From the NCBI GenBank assembly GCA_036677365.1, contig JAVBWN010000016.1, forward strand, positions 32,001 through 96,000: DNA of 64,000 bases. Direction: 5' to 3'. The notes below the pieces were generated by a model. The model saw only the letters and a program-made list of their open reading frames with translations, made no database searches and had not been told where the DNA came from. The DNA is from Acholeplasma sp. Its GTDB lineage: Bacteria > Bacillota_I > Bacilli_A > Acholeplasmatales > UBA5453. The translations under genes were made by a program, and so were the position numbers. Below are positions 31,761 to 42,068 of this stretch, piece after piece (within the stretch, counting starts at the first letter, position 1; every line of letters starts with the position of its first letter).

Positions 31761-32530
31761 TAAACGATGTGTTTTTCTTATACCTTACAAATGATAAATA
31801 TGAATTTCTTTGGAACGATTTTTTTATTCTTTTACTCAAGTATTGGAAAGATTTTCCATATGAAGTACTAATTAATACAGAAAGCATTAAGTATGAAAAC
31901 GCAAATTTAAGATTAAAACATACTACACTTTTCAATAAAGAATCTAGTTGGTCGGATAGACTAATTCATTACTTAAACAGCACTAATGAAGAGTACGTTA
32001 TCTTATGGATGGATGATCACTTTATTTATGATTATGTTGATTCAGAAAAAATCAGCTTTGCTGTTAATTTATTAAAAGACAACAAGAAGATTGGACATAT
32101 CTCTTTTGAAAATCAACCAGGAAGTAAAGCAAGCAAAGAATTCGAATTTCTGTCTAAAAGAAAATTGTTTTCACAGTATAGAATAAGTTTACAACCAGGC
32201 ATATGGAATAAAAAGTATTTACTTAAAATTCTAAAAAAAAATGAGTCACCTTGGCAGCTTGAAATAAGTGGATCATTTAGAAGTATATTTCTACCTAGTA
32301 GAATTTATTGCTTTAATAGAAAAGTAATATTCACGCACGGCGGAGCCTTAATCATGAGAGGGAAACTTAATTATGATATAGCTAATTTTTTTATAGAAAA
32401 TGAAAATATTGATATGAATTATCCACTTAATAGATATATTAAAGAAACACGAAAAAATGGAGTCATTTTAAAATCGTTACGATTATTAAAATATATCTTA
32501 GATGCGGTTAAATCAATTTTCAGTAGGTGA
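31757..32530 (+). CDS. Putative GT-A-like transferase of unassigned family
   Basis: WSDRL, YVILWMDDHF, SLQPGIW, ESPWQLE. Confidence 0.5.
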   Translation: MINDVFFLYLTNDKYEFLWNDFFILLLKYWKDFPYEVLINTESIKYENANLRLKHTTLFNKESSWSDRLIHYLNSTNEEYVILWMDDHFIYDYVDSEKISFAVNLLKDNKKIGHISFENQPGSKASKEFEFLSKRKLFSQYRISLQPGIWNKKYLLKILKKNESPWQLEISGSFRSIFLPSRIYCFNRKVIFTHGGALIMRGKLNYDIANFFIENENIDMNYPLNRYIKETRKNGVILKSLRLLKYILDAVKSIFSR

Positions 32531-32531
32531 T

Positions 32532-33686
32532 ATGATGAAAAACAAGTACTTTAATTACTCACTAGCACTATATGTGTTTTTAATTCCATTTGAGGAAGCT
32601 TTGAATTTAGGTTTTGGGAGTTTACTTAGAATAATTGGGATATTTGTCATATTCGCGGGAATATTCAATCTTAAGGCAAAATTTAGCGTAAAGTTAGAGT
32701 ATATGCCGTTCATATTGTGGATGATACTATTTATACTATCTTTTTTTTGGAGTACCTCTACTCAATGGTGGCTCTATTATTTTCAAGTATATTTTACACA
32801 ATTTGTTCTAATTTCAGTACTAATAATGTTCAATAGAGCCACGATTAATATTAATAGAATATTCAATACACTTATATACAGTTCAGTCCTATCCAGCATC
32901 ATTCTATTTATTCCAGGTATATCGGCATTTACCGATGAAGGAAGAAGGACAATTATACTATATACTAAAACACTTGACCCTAATGTATTGGCATCATTTT
33001 TAGCTTTAACAATACTCATTATATTAGACAGATTAGTAAATAATAATCGAAAGTATATTAATTTGTTAAGCATATTGATTGTGCTTTGCGGTGTCTTTCT
33101 CACAGGTTCTAGAGGTACATTAATCTCTCTAATATTTGGGTCCATTATTTATATCACCTATTACTATTTAAAATATGGAAAAATCAAGTCAATATATAAA
33201 TATTCAATTATTATTTTAGTAGGAATAATTATTATATTTTACAGCTTGCCGAATACGCTATTAGATAGATTTACGTTAGATAATTTAATTGGGCTTAATG
33301 AATTAGATCCTAATGTACACAGTAGATATACAATTTGGTCTTTTGTTCCTGGACTATTTAAGCAAAATCCAATTTTTGGTTTTGGTGGTGGTAATTTTAT
33401 GGTCGCATTGGATATCGTGTATAGACAATCCGCGTCACACAACATATACTTACTAACATTAGTTGAGCTTGGAATTATTGGTTTTTTCATATTAGGTACT
33501 TGGGTATCTATGTTGTTTTATAAAGCTATTAATTTGAAATCACCACTTGCCTTATCATTAACTTTTACATTATTTGGCATTGGATTTTTTATTGATAGTT
33601 TGAGCTTTAAATTTTTTTGGATTTTTTTAGCAATTGTATATATTGTTTTAAACAAAAAGGAGATTGAAATGCATGCTATCAAATAA
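32532..33686 (+). CDS. wzy: Wzy/O-antigen ligase family polymerase
   Basis: Many TMs, DPNVLA, LTGSRG, NPIFGFG, SHNIYLLTLVELGIIG. Confidence 0.85.
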   Translation: MMKNKYFNYSLALYVFLIPFEEALNLGFGSLLRIIGIFVIFAGIFNLKAKFSVKLEYMPFILWMILFILSFFWSTSTQWWLYYFQVYFTQFVLISVLIMFNRATININRIFNTLIYSSVLSSIILFIPGISAFTDEGRRTIILYTKTLDPNVLASFLALTILIILDRLVNNNRKYINLLSILIVLCGVFLTGSRGTLISLIFGSIIYITYYYLKYGKIKSIYKYSIIILVGIIIIFYSLPNTLLDRFTLDNLIGLNELDPNVHSRYTIWSFVPGLFKQNPIFGFGGGNFMVALDIVYRQSASHNIYLLTLVELGIIGFFILGTWVSMLFYKAINLKSPLALSLTFTLFGIGFFIDSLSFKFFWIFLAIVYIVLNKKEIEMHAIK

Positions 33687-34668
33687 AGTCTTACTGATTA
33701 CCGGAGGTACAGGATCTTTCGGTAATGTTGTAGTCGCAAAATTTCTAAAATCTGACATAAATGAGATTAGAATTCTCTCTCGTGATGAAAAGAAACAAGA
33801 AGATATGCGTAAGTTATATAACAACGACAAACTCAAATTCTATATTGGTGATGTTCGTGATTATAACTCCATAGAAGGTGCGTTTATCGGAGTTGATTAT
33901 GTTTTCCATGCAGCAGCATTAAAACAAGTCCCTTCATGTGAATTCTATCCAATAGAAGCAGTAAAAACCAATGTATTGGGTTCGGATAATGTCATATCTG
34001 CTTGTGTCAAAAATGGCGTTAAGAAGGCTATCTTCTTATCTACAGACAAAGCTGCATACCCTATTAATGCTATGGGTATGAGTAAAGCAATGATGGAAAA
34101 AAACGTTATTGCGAGATCACGACAATTAAGACCAAATGACACCGTATTATGCTTAACACGTTATGGTAACGTTATGGCTTCACGTGGTTCTGTCATTCCT
34201 CTGTTCTTAGATCAAATCCAAGCAGGAAAACCAATCACCATTACCAATCCTGAAATGACACGTTATATGATGACATTAGAGGATGCTGTGGATTTGGTTC
34301 TTTATGCATTTGAACACGGCGAACAAGGGGATTTATTCGTTCAAAAAGCCCCAGCAGCTACCATCGATGTACTAGCTAAAGCTGTATTGGATTTAAAGAG
34401 ATGCAATATTCCACCAGTTTATATTGGAACTAGACATGGTGAAAAATTATATGAAGTTTTGGTTACGCAAGAAGAAATGACGAAAGCAGTTGACCTTGGC
34501 GGCTTTTTTAAGATCCCAGCAGACAATAGAAACCTCAATTATGATAAATTCATTGAAAAAGGTAGTAAAGAAATTGTATTAGCTGAATCCTATCATTCTC
34601 ACAACACTGCTAGACTTGATGTTGAAGGTATGAAGAAATTATTATTGAAATTAGACTTATTTAAGTAG
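33673..34668 (+). CDS. fnlA: UDP-GlcNAc 4,6-dehydratase/5-epimerase (FnlA/CapE)
   Basis: ITGGTGSFG, SRDEKKQ, HAAALKQVPSCEF, YPINAMGMSK, YHSHNT. Confidence 0.93.
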   Translation: MLSNKVLLITGGTGSFGNVVVAKFLKSDINEIRILSRDEKKQEDMRKLYNNDKLKFYIGDVRDYNSIEGAFIGVDYVFHAAALKQVPSCEFYPIEAVKTNVLGSDNVISACVKNGVKKAIFLSTDKAAYPINAMGMSKAMMEKNVIARSRQLRPNDTVLCLTRYGNVMASRGSVIPLFLDQIQAGKPITITNPEMTRYMMTLEDAVDLVLYAFEHGEQGDLFVQKAPAATIDVLAKAVLDLKRCNIPPVYIGTRHGEKLYEVLVTQEEMTKAVDLGGFFKIPADNRNLNYDKFIEKGSKEIVLAESYHSHNTARLDVEGMKKLLLKLDLFK

Positions 34669-34677
34669 GATATACAT

Positions 34678-35787
34678 ATGAAGATACTAGTTACTGGAGC
34701 TAAAGGCTTTATTGGAAAAAACTTAATCACTGAACTTAAAAACCAAAAATACACAGACATTTATGAATACGATATGGATTCTACATTAGAGGATTTGGAT
34801 CAGTATTCAAAAGACTGTGAGTTTGTATTTCATCTAGCAGGGGTGAATCGACCTAAAGACCAAAAAGAATTTCTTGAAGGCAACTTTGGATTCACATCGG
34901 TGCTTTTAGATAACCTTAAGAAATACAACAACAAAGCTCCAATTATGCTCGCATCTTCAATTCAAGCAGTACTTGATAATCCTTATGGTATTAGTAAGAA
35001 AGCTGGGGAAGATCTCTTATTTGGATATGGTAATGAAACAGGTGCAAAAGTGCTTATTTATCGTTTTCCAAATGTGTTTGGAAAATGGTGCAGACCAAAC
35101 TATAATAGCGCTGTAGCGACATTCTCATATAACATCGCCAATGACTTACCAATCACTGTAAATGACAGAAATGTGGTTATGAACTTAATCTACATCGATG
35201 ATTTGGTTAAGGAATTGATTCATGCTTTAAAAGGTATTGAAAATAAAAAGGATGATTTTTGTTATGTTGAACCTGTACACACAGTAAAACTTGGCGAAAT
35301 TGTCGACTTATTGTATTCATTTAAAGAAAGCAGAAATGACCGTTCTATTCCTAATACTGCTGACCCATTTACGAAGAAACTATACACCAATTATTTAAGC
35401 TACTTACCAAAAGACAAATTCAGTTATGATCTAAAAATGAACATCGATTATCGAGGTTCATTTACAGAGTTTTTAAAGACACCTGATAGAGGACAAGTTT
35501 CAATAAATATATCCAAACCAGGCATTGTTAAAGGCAATCACTGGCATCACACCAAGAATGAGAAATTCTTGGTTGTGAGCGGTACCGGTGTGATTCGCTT
35601 TAGAAAAATAGATGAAACAGAAGTATTAGAGTATTATGTTAGTGGAGATAAATTACAAGTTGTCGATATTCCACCAGGCTATACACATAATATTGAAAAC
35701 TTAGGTAATACAGACATGGTCACTGTGATGTGGGCGAATGAAAAGTTCGATCCTGAAAGACCGGATACGATTTTTGTGGAGGTTTAA
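34678..35787 (+). CDS. fnlB: FnlB/CapF reductase-epimerase (SDR plus cupin)
   Basis: VTGAKGFIG, HLAGVNRP, NVFGKWCRPNYNS, KGNHWHHTKNEKF. Confidence 0.93.
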   Translation: MKILVTGAKGFIGKNLITELKNQKYTDIYEYDMDSTLEDLDQYSKDCEFVFHLAGVNRPKDQKEFLEGNFGFTSVLLDNLKKYNNKAPIMLASSIQAVLDNPYGISKKAGEDLLFGYGNETGAKVLIYRFPNVFGKWCRPNYNSAVATFSYNIANDLPITVNDRNVVMNLIYIDDLVKELIHALKGIENKKDDFCYVEPVHTVKLGEIVDLLYSFKESRNDRSIPNTADPFTKKLYTNYLSYLPKDKFSYDLKMNIDYRGSFTEFLKTPDRGQVSINISKPGIVKGNHWHHTKNEKFLVVSGTGVIRFRKIDETEVLEYYVSGDKLQVVDIPPGYTHNIENLGNTDMVTVMWANEKFDPERPDTIFVEV

Positions 35788-35791
35788 TCAA

Positions 35792-36919
35792 ATGAAAAAA
35801 CTAAAAGTAATGACTGTTGTAGGTACAAGACCAGAAATCATTCGATTATCTGCTGTCATTCATAAACTCAATTCATCAGAAGCGATTGATCATGTTTTGG
35901 TCCACACAGGACAAAACTATGATTATGAGCTTAATGAAGTATTCTTTAAAGACTTTAATTTAAAGAAACCAGATTACTTCCTAAACGCAGCTACTGGAAC
36001 AGCAATCGAAACGATTGGTAATATTTTGATCAAAATCGATCCAATCCTAGAAGAAGTTAAACCAGATGCATTTTTAGTATTAGGTGATACTAACAGTTGT
36101 TTAACTGCTATCGCAGCAAAACGTCGTCATATTCCGATATTTCATATGGAAGCCGGCAATAGATGTTTTGATCAACGTGTACCAGAAGAAACCAATAGAA
36201 AAATCGTAGACCACATCTCTGATATCAATCTACCTTACAGTTCAATCGCGAGAGAATACTTATTAAAAGAAGGTTTTCCTGCAGATAGAATCATTAAAAC
36301 AGGTAGTCCAATGTATGAAGTATTGATGAGTAAGAAAACTGAAATTGACAATTCAGATGTACTACAAAGACTTGGACTAGAATCAGGTAAGTACTTTGTA
36401 GTATCAGCACATAGAGAAGAAAATATTAACTCGGAAAACTTCTATGATTTAGTCGTTACCCTTAATACAATCGCTGAAGTCTATCAATTACCAATCATCG
36501 TTTCTACACATCCTAGGACAAGAAAAATGATTGAAGCAAAAGGTATTAAGTTTAATCCATTAATTCAAACATTGAAGCCACTTGGATTCATTGATTATAA
36601 TAAACTTCAAATTGAATCCAAATGTGTGCTGAGTGATTCGGGTACAATTAGTGAAGAGTCTTCCATACTAAAATTCAAAGCTTTAAATATTAGGGAAGCT
36701 CATGAAAGACCAGAAGCAATGGAAGAAGCTGCAGTCATGATGGTAGGGTTAAAAAAAGAAAGAATTTTGCAAGCCTTGAATATTTCATTTTTTGAATCAC
36801 ACTATAAACATAATTCAGTAATAGATTATGACAGCAATAATGTTTCTTTTAAAATTGAACGTATAATATTATCATATGTAGATTACGTAAAGACACGAGT
36901 GTATCGAGAACGAGTATGA
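35792..36919 (+). CDS. fnlC: FnlC/CapG 2-epimerase
   Basis: [53 protein letters not shown]. Confidence 0.93.
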   Translation: MKKLKVMTVVGTRPEIIRLSAVIHKLNSSEAIDHVLVHTGQNYDYELNEVFFKDFNLKKPDYFLNAATGTAIETIGNILIKIDPILEEVKPDAFLVLGDTNSCLTAIAAKRRHIPIFHMEAGNRCFDQRVPEETNRKIVDHISDINLPYSSIAREYLLKEGFPADRIIKTGSPMYEVLMSKKTEIDNSDVLQRLGLESGKYFVVSAHREENINSENFYDLVVTLNTIAEVYQLPIIVSTHPRTRKMIEAKGIKFNPLIQTLKPLGFIDYNKLQIESKCVLSDSGTISEESSILKFKALNIREAHERPEAMEEAAVMMVGLKKERILQALNISFFESHYKHNSVIDYDSNNVSFKIERIILSYVDYVKTRVYRERV

Positions 36920-37428
36920 AAAAACTATTTGTACCACTAGCGAGAATTATTGAGATAATTGATAATTATGTCAAGAGATTGATAGGTTTTTCACAAATCT
37001 CAAGAATAAAACACAAAGGATTAAACTGCCATATAGAAAGAAATTGCATAATAAATACGGCAAATGTAATTTTTGGAGACAATATTTTTATCGGCCCTGG
37101 GTGCTTGTTGTTGTCAACTAAAGCCAAAATTATCATTGGAAATAATGTAATGTTTGGTCCGAATGTATCAATTATAACCGGGAATCATAGAATAAATGTA
37201 AAAGGGGTTCCAATGATAAGTGTAACAGAAAAGCAAACAGATGACGATGAGGATGTAGTAATTGAAGATGATGTATGGATTGGTGCTGGAGCCATTGTAT
37301 TAAAAGGTGTTCGAATCGGGACAGGATCTATTGTAGCAGCAGGAAGTGTTGTGACCAAGGATATACCCGCATATCACATTTACATGGGTGTACCAGAAAG
37401 GAAAATTATTGAAAGAAGTTTTCAATAA
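36916..37428 (+). CDS. Hexapeptide-repeat O-acyltransferase
   Basis: [38 protein letters not shown]. Confidence 0.9.
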   Translation: MKKLFVPLARIIEIIDNYVKRLIGFSQISRIKHKGLNCHIERNCIINTANVIFGDNIFIGPGCLLLSTKAKIIIGNNVMFGPNVSIITGNHRINVKGVPMISVTEKQTDDDEDVVIEDDVWIGAGAIVLKGVRIGTGSIVAAGSVVTKDIPAYHIYMGVPERKIIERSFQ

Positions 37429-37458
37429 TAAAGTTTTAGGAAAGAAAGTGAAAGGAAA

Positions 37459-38463
37459 ATGTTGATGAATTCGCTGTCTGTAATAATCCCAGTATACAAT
37501 AATGAACACACTATCGAAAAATGTATTACGAGTTTAATATCAAACACTTCAGATATCGAATTTATATTCATTGATGATGGTTCAACTGACAACAGTAGCT
37601 ACATTATAAAAAAATATCAGAGTAACTATTCAAATATACGATATTTCTATAAAGCAAACTCGGGAGTAAGTGATTCTAGAAACTTAGGACTTGAGAAAGC
37701 AAAAAACAGATTAATTGCTTTTGTTGATGGAGATGATTTTTTAGAAAAATATACCTATGACAACATTTTAGATAATTGGAATGAAAGATGTTCATTATTT
37801 GTTTTTGATTATAGTATAAAATCCGGAAATTCTATTAATAAATCAGTTCTAAACTTAACGAATAGTGAAATATTTTTACAAAGTGAAAACGAAAAGTCAG
37901 AGTACATAAATAGTTTGTTGAATTTAAATAAGGTTCCACACATAGGACACTCAATTTGGAACAAGATATTTCAAAGAGAAATAATAGTTAAATACAATAT
38001 TAAATTCAATAAAAGTATTATTATTGGAGAAGATTTGTTATTTCTTTTGCACTATTTAAAACACACCGATTGTTTAATGACAACTATAAGTGCTTACTAC
38101 TATTATGTTAGACATGATTCATCGGTAATGAATAGTTCAACTAAAGACTTTTTACCCTTATATGACAAACTTTCAAATGAAATTGGTGCATTAAGGAATT
38201 ACTTAAATATAGCAAATTTCAAGTGTAACTATCTTTCAAACATGGTATTTTATGTTCTTAATTCGAAATACTACAAGAATTTATCATTAGGAGAAAAAGC
38301 CAAATATTTATCATCAATTAGGGAAACTAACATTATTAACAGTCTAGACAACTATGAAGGTATCAGTCTGAAAAGAAAGGTTATCATAAAACTTATAAAA
38401 TATAATATGAATTATATTGCTATATTTATAATTGAATTAAATGATATAATTAGGAAAATATGA
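37459..38463 (+). CDS. GT2 glycosyltransferase
   Basis: SVIIPVYN, IDDGSTDNS, GVSDSRN, FVDGDD, IWNKIF, GED. Confidence 0.92.
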   Translation: MLMNSLSVIIPVYNNEHTIEKCITSLISNTSDIEFIFIDDGSTDNSSYIIKKYQSNYSNIRYFYKANSGVSDSRNLGLEKAKNRLIAFVDGDDFLEKYTYDNILDNWNERCSLFVFDYSIKSGNSINKSVLNLTNSEIFLQSENEKSEYINSLLNLNKVPHIGHSIWNKIFQREIIVKYNIKFNKSIIIGEDLLFLLHYLKHTDCLMTTISAYYYYVRHDSSVMNSSTKDFLPLYDKLSNEIGALRNYLNIANFKCNYLSNMVFYVLNSKYYKNLSLGEKAKYLSSIRETNIINSLDNYEGISLKRKVIIKLIKYNMNYIAIFIIELNDIIRKI

Positions 38464-39563
38464 AAAAAATTGGAGTCTTGACATTTCACTGGGCAGATAA
38501 TTATGGAGCAGTTTTACAGGCATATGGACTTACAAAATATTTATCAGAAAGTACACAAGAAGTAGAATTAATTGATTTTAGACCGTTAAAGTTAATGGAA
38601 CCTTATAGAATTTTATTTAATCCTGTAAAAAAAATACAATCACTCGGATTCCTAAATGGGATTAAAACTATAATCAAGAGCATTATTCAAATACCATATA
38701 ATTATAAAAAAAAAATAGCATATATTAATTTTAGAAAAATGCTACCAATTTCAAATATAGTGTTAACGAGATTTAGTGATTTCTCCATTAACGCTAAAAA
38801 TTATGATTCTATTATAGTAGGTAGCGACCAAGTATGGAACCCCGAATTTTTTAATAATTATGAAGATATATTTTTTTTGAATTTAAAAGATATCAATACC
38901 AAGCGTATATCGTATTCAGCAAGTTGCGCTATTATCTTGAATCAAAGCCAGATAAGTTTTGTTGAATCAAAGTTCGCCTCTTTTGATTTTGTATCAATAA
39001 GGGAAAAATCAACAATACAACAGTTTAGCAAAAATAAAAAAATATATCATACTGTAGATCCGATTTTTTTGTTGGGTGTCCATGATTGGACAAAATTGAT
39101 GTCTACTAAATCGTACAATTTTAAATACATTTTCGTTTATGACTTGATTTTCGATTTAGAAATAGTTAATTTTGTCAATGATTTAGCTCGGAAAAATAAC
39201 TATTACGTAATCACATATTCCGGATCTACTAAATATATAAATCACAAAAAATCTATTCGAGATAAAGGTCCTATACAATTTATTGAAACAATAATGCAGT
39301 CTGAAATTGTCGTGTCAAGTTCTTTTCATGGAGTGGCGTTTGCAATTTTATTTAAAAAACAATTCTACACATTTAATCATCCAACAAGAGGGATTAGAGT
39401 TAAGGATTTGTTAGATGATTTAGGTATTAAAAACCGTGATATTGTAAATTATAGTGAAAATAATATAGTTAACTATAGTGATGTTGATCAAATTTTAAGT
39501 AATCTTATAAAGTCATCAAAAGAGTACTTGAAAGAATCGCTGGGGGATTGTCATGAGAACTAA
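38460..39563 (+). CDS. Polysaccharide pyruvyltransferase family protein
   Basis: NYGAVLQAY, VGSDQVWN, SIRE, VDPIFLL, SSFHG. Confidence 0.9.
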   Translation: MKKIGVLTFHWADNYGAVLQAYGLTKYLSESTQEVELIDFRPLKLMEPYRILFNPVKKIQSLGFLNGIKTIIKSIIQIPYNYKKKIAYINFRKMLPISNIVLTRFSDFSINAKNYDSIIVGSDQVWNPEFFNNYEDIFFLNLKDINTKRISYSASCAIILNQSQISFVESKFASFDFVSIREKSTIQQFSKNKKIYHTVDPIFLLGVHDWTKLMSTKSYNFKYIFVYDLIFDLEIVNFVNDLARKNNYYVITYSGSTKYINHKKSIRDKGPIQFIETIMQSEIVVSSSFHGVAFAILFKKQFYTFNHPTRGIRVKDLLDDLGIKNRDIVNYSENNIVNYSDVDQILSNLIKSSKEYLKESLGDCHEN

Positions 39564-41067
39564 GAAATTTCTTATTAACAGTGTTTTTTCAGTTCTTGAG
39601 CAAATAACGTTAGCGGTTATAGGTCTTCTTTTACCTAGAATAATGATATTCTATTATGGATCGGAGTTAAATGGATTAGTTGTTTCAATAACACAATTCA
39701 TTGGGTATTTTAAATTAGCTGAGGCTGGAATTAGTACAGCATCAATATTTGCACTTTTTAAACCTATAGCTAATAATGATTCCATAGAAATAGCGAAAAT
39801 CGTCAAGTCTACTCAGTCATTATATGTGAAATCTGGTATAGTATTCTTAGTTGGAGTCTTGATACTAAGTATAATTTATCCTATCATCGTCAACACAGAT
39901 AATCTATCATTTTTTGAGATTTCATACTTAGTATTTATTATAGGAATTTTTGGTGGATTAGACTTCTTCATTTTTGGAAAATTTCGTGTTTTGATAACCG
40001 CTGATCAAAAACAATTTATGATTTCTATTGCATCTATGGCGTACTTAATTTCTAATTTTATATTAGTATACATTTTATCTAAAAATAACACTGATATATA
40101 TATAATGAAGTCTTTCGCCATGATCAGTTTTCTTGCTAAAATTATACCGCTATATATATATTCATTTAAAAAGTATAGGTTTATTTTTAATAGTAAAAAT
40201 GTCAAACCGGCTCATATACCACATAGGTGGGATGCTTTCTATATTCAAATATTAGGCGCGACACAAGTTGCTACACCAATTATATTAGCTACAATTTTCG
40301 TGAACTTAACTCAAGTTAGCATATTCTCTGTATATTTAATGGTGTTCTCATCACTAACAGGGGTTTTAGGGATTTTTAGTTCAAGTTTAAGTTCCATTTT
40401 TGGAGATATCATCGCTAAAAAAGAATTGAAATTATTGAACAAATCATATTCACAATTCGAGACCGTATACTATATTATAATAACAGTAATATTTTCTGTT
40501 TCAATTCTGACAATCTCCAGTTTTATTGGTATATATTCTCGTGGTGTTACTGATACTAATTACAATTGGACTATGTTGGGTATCTTGCTAGGAATTAATG
40601 CATTATTATATAATTTAAAAGTACCACAAGGAATGGTTGTAATGTCTTCGGGGAAATTCAAAGAAACTAAAGTTCAAAGCACGATTCAAGTTTTAATAAT
40701 AGTTTTTTTTGGGATTTTGCTTGGATATTATTATGGAATTATTGGCATCGTCTTTTCTTCTATTTTATCGAATATATACAGGGTAATAGATTTGATTATA
40801 TATGTTCCAAAGTACATTATAAATAACAACATGTTTAAAACAATTCAAAAGGTGATTATATCTATAGGAATTTTTTCTACTTCAATATTTTTATCAATCA
40901 TTATAAAACTAGACATTAATGATATAATAAGTTGGGTTCTATATGGAGTAGTTTTAGTAATTGGTTATTTCGTTTTAACATTATCAATTTTCTATACTTT
41001 GAACAGAAATGATATTAACGAAACATTTAGTAGAATTCTTAGAATCGTAGGTATGGTAAAAAAATGA
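39553..41067 (+). CDS. wzx: Wzx-like flippase
   Basis: 504 aa with many TMs, YGSELNGL..SITQF, AEAG, LFKP. Confidence 0.8.
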   Translation: MRTKKFLINSVFSVLEQITLAVIGLLLPRIMIFYYGSELNGLVVSITQFIGYFKLAEAGISTASIFALFKPIANNDSIEIAKIVKSTQSLYVKSGIVFLVGVLILSIIYPIIVNTDNLSFFEISYLVFIIGIFGGLDFFIFGKFRVLITADQKQFMISIASMAYLISNFILVYILSKNNTDIYIMKSFAMISFLAKIIPLYIYSFKKYRFIFNSKNVKPAHIPHRWDAFYIQILGATQVATPIILATIFVNLTQVSIFSVYLMVFSSLTGVLGIFSSSLSSIFGDIIAKKELKLLNKSYSQFETVYYIIITVIFSVSILTISSFIGIYSRGVTDTNYNWTMLGILLGINALLYNLKVPQGMVVMSSGKFKETKVQSTIQVLIIVFFGILLGYYYGIIGIVFSSILSNIYRVIDLIIYVPKYIINNNMFKTIQKVIISIGIFSTSIFLSIIIKLDINDIISWVLYGVVLVIGYFVLTLSIFYTLNRNDINETFSRILRIVGMVKK

Positions 41068-42065
41068 AAATTTTCAGGAAGTTAACACCTAAAGTAGTAA
41101 TGTCTTTTTTAAAGAATACTAAACTAGTACAATCAGTGATTAGAGTTTACTTTTTAGATAGTCTTTTGTATTATAAATATCATAGGAACAAAAAGACTCA
41201 ATTTTCAAAGATAAAATTAGAAAGTTTAATACTCTATCATACTCATTCTATTGAAAAAGGACTTACAAATATAAAATTTAGAGTTGGTTTTGGAAGATAT
41301 GCTATAACTAATTTGATTAGGTATTTACAATTATATGAAAAATTAAAATACCCTACTAATTGTACAGCGTATTTGTCAGGAGTTACTGTATTACGAGCAT
41401 ATAAAAATTTACATATGACATTTGGCTATGAAGACGTTTCAATTAACGACTATTTGTCTACTTTAAACGAAATAATCCTCAATAATCATATCGAAGCCGG
41501 TGTTTTTTATCATTCAAATACTTATCATGCTGACTCACAATTTGATTTTTATAATTTTGCAAAGAATAGAAAAAGTGTACGAGATTTTGGAGATGAAAAA
41601 ATTTTAGATTCGGTTATCGAAAAATCTATTGAAGCAGCATCATTTACCCCTTCTGTATGTAACAGACAACCATGGGGGACAAAAGTAGTGACAACGAAAT
41701 CTAAAATTGATGAAATCTTTCAATTACAAAAAGGTTTTAATAATTATGGGAATAACACTTCTGGTATCATAGTTATTTATACTGAAACCGAAGCCATGTT
41801 ATCCATAAATGAAAGAAACCAACATTTTATAGATGGTGGGATGTATAGTATGTCTATTTTATATGCATTGAATTCTTATAATGTTGCTGCATGCGCATTA
41901 AATGCTGCATTAGATCATAAAACAGAAAATGAAATTAAAAGAATATGTAAAATACCAAAAAGCTCAAAAATAGTTATTTTTATTGCTTATGGATCATATC
42001 CATCTAATTATAAAACATGTGTTTCTTCTCGAAAATCACATTTTGAGACTAATGAATTTATCTAA
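41064..42065 (+). CDS. Nitroreductase-family flavoprotein
   Basis: HSIEKGL; RKSVRDF, TPSVCNRQPW, IDGGMYSM. Confidence 0.88.
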   Translation: MKIFRKLTPKVVMSFLKNTKLVQSVIRVYFLDSLLYYKYHRNKKTQFSKIKLESLILYHTHSIEKGLTNIKFRVGFGRYAITNLIRYLQLYEKLKYPTNCTAYLSGVTVLRAYKNLHMTFGYEDVSINDYLSTLNEIILNNHIEAGVFYHSNTYHADSQFDFYNFAKNRKSVRDFGDEKILDSVIEKSIEAASFTPSVCNRQPWGTKVVTTKSKIDEIFQLQKGFNNYGNNTSGIIVIYTETEAMLSINERNQHFIDGGMYSMSILYALNSYNVAACALNAALDHKTENEIKRICKIPKSSKIVIFIAYGSYPSNYKTCVSSRKSHFETNEFI

Positions 42066-42068
42066 TTA

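Noticed and set aside
38706..38715. A10 tract in the pyruvyltransferase gene as a phase-variation switch
   Set aside because: ORF is intact and long A/T runs are common in this AT-rich DNA; read-level data needed
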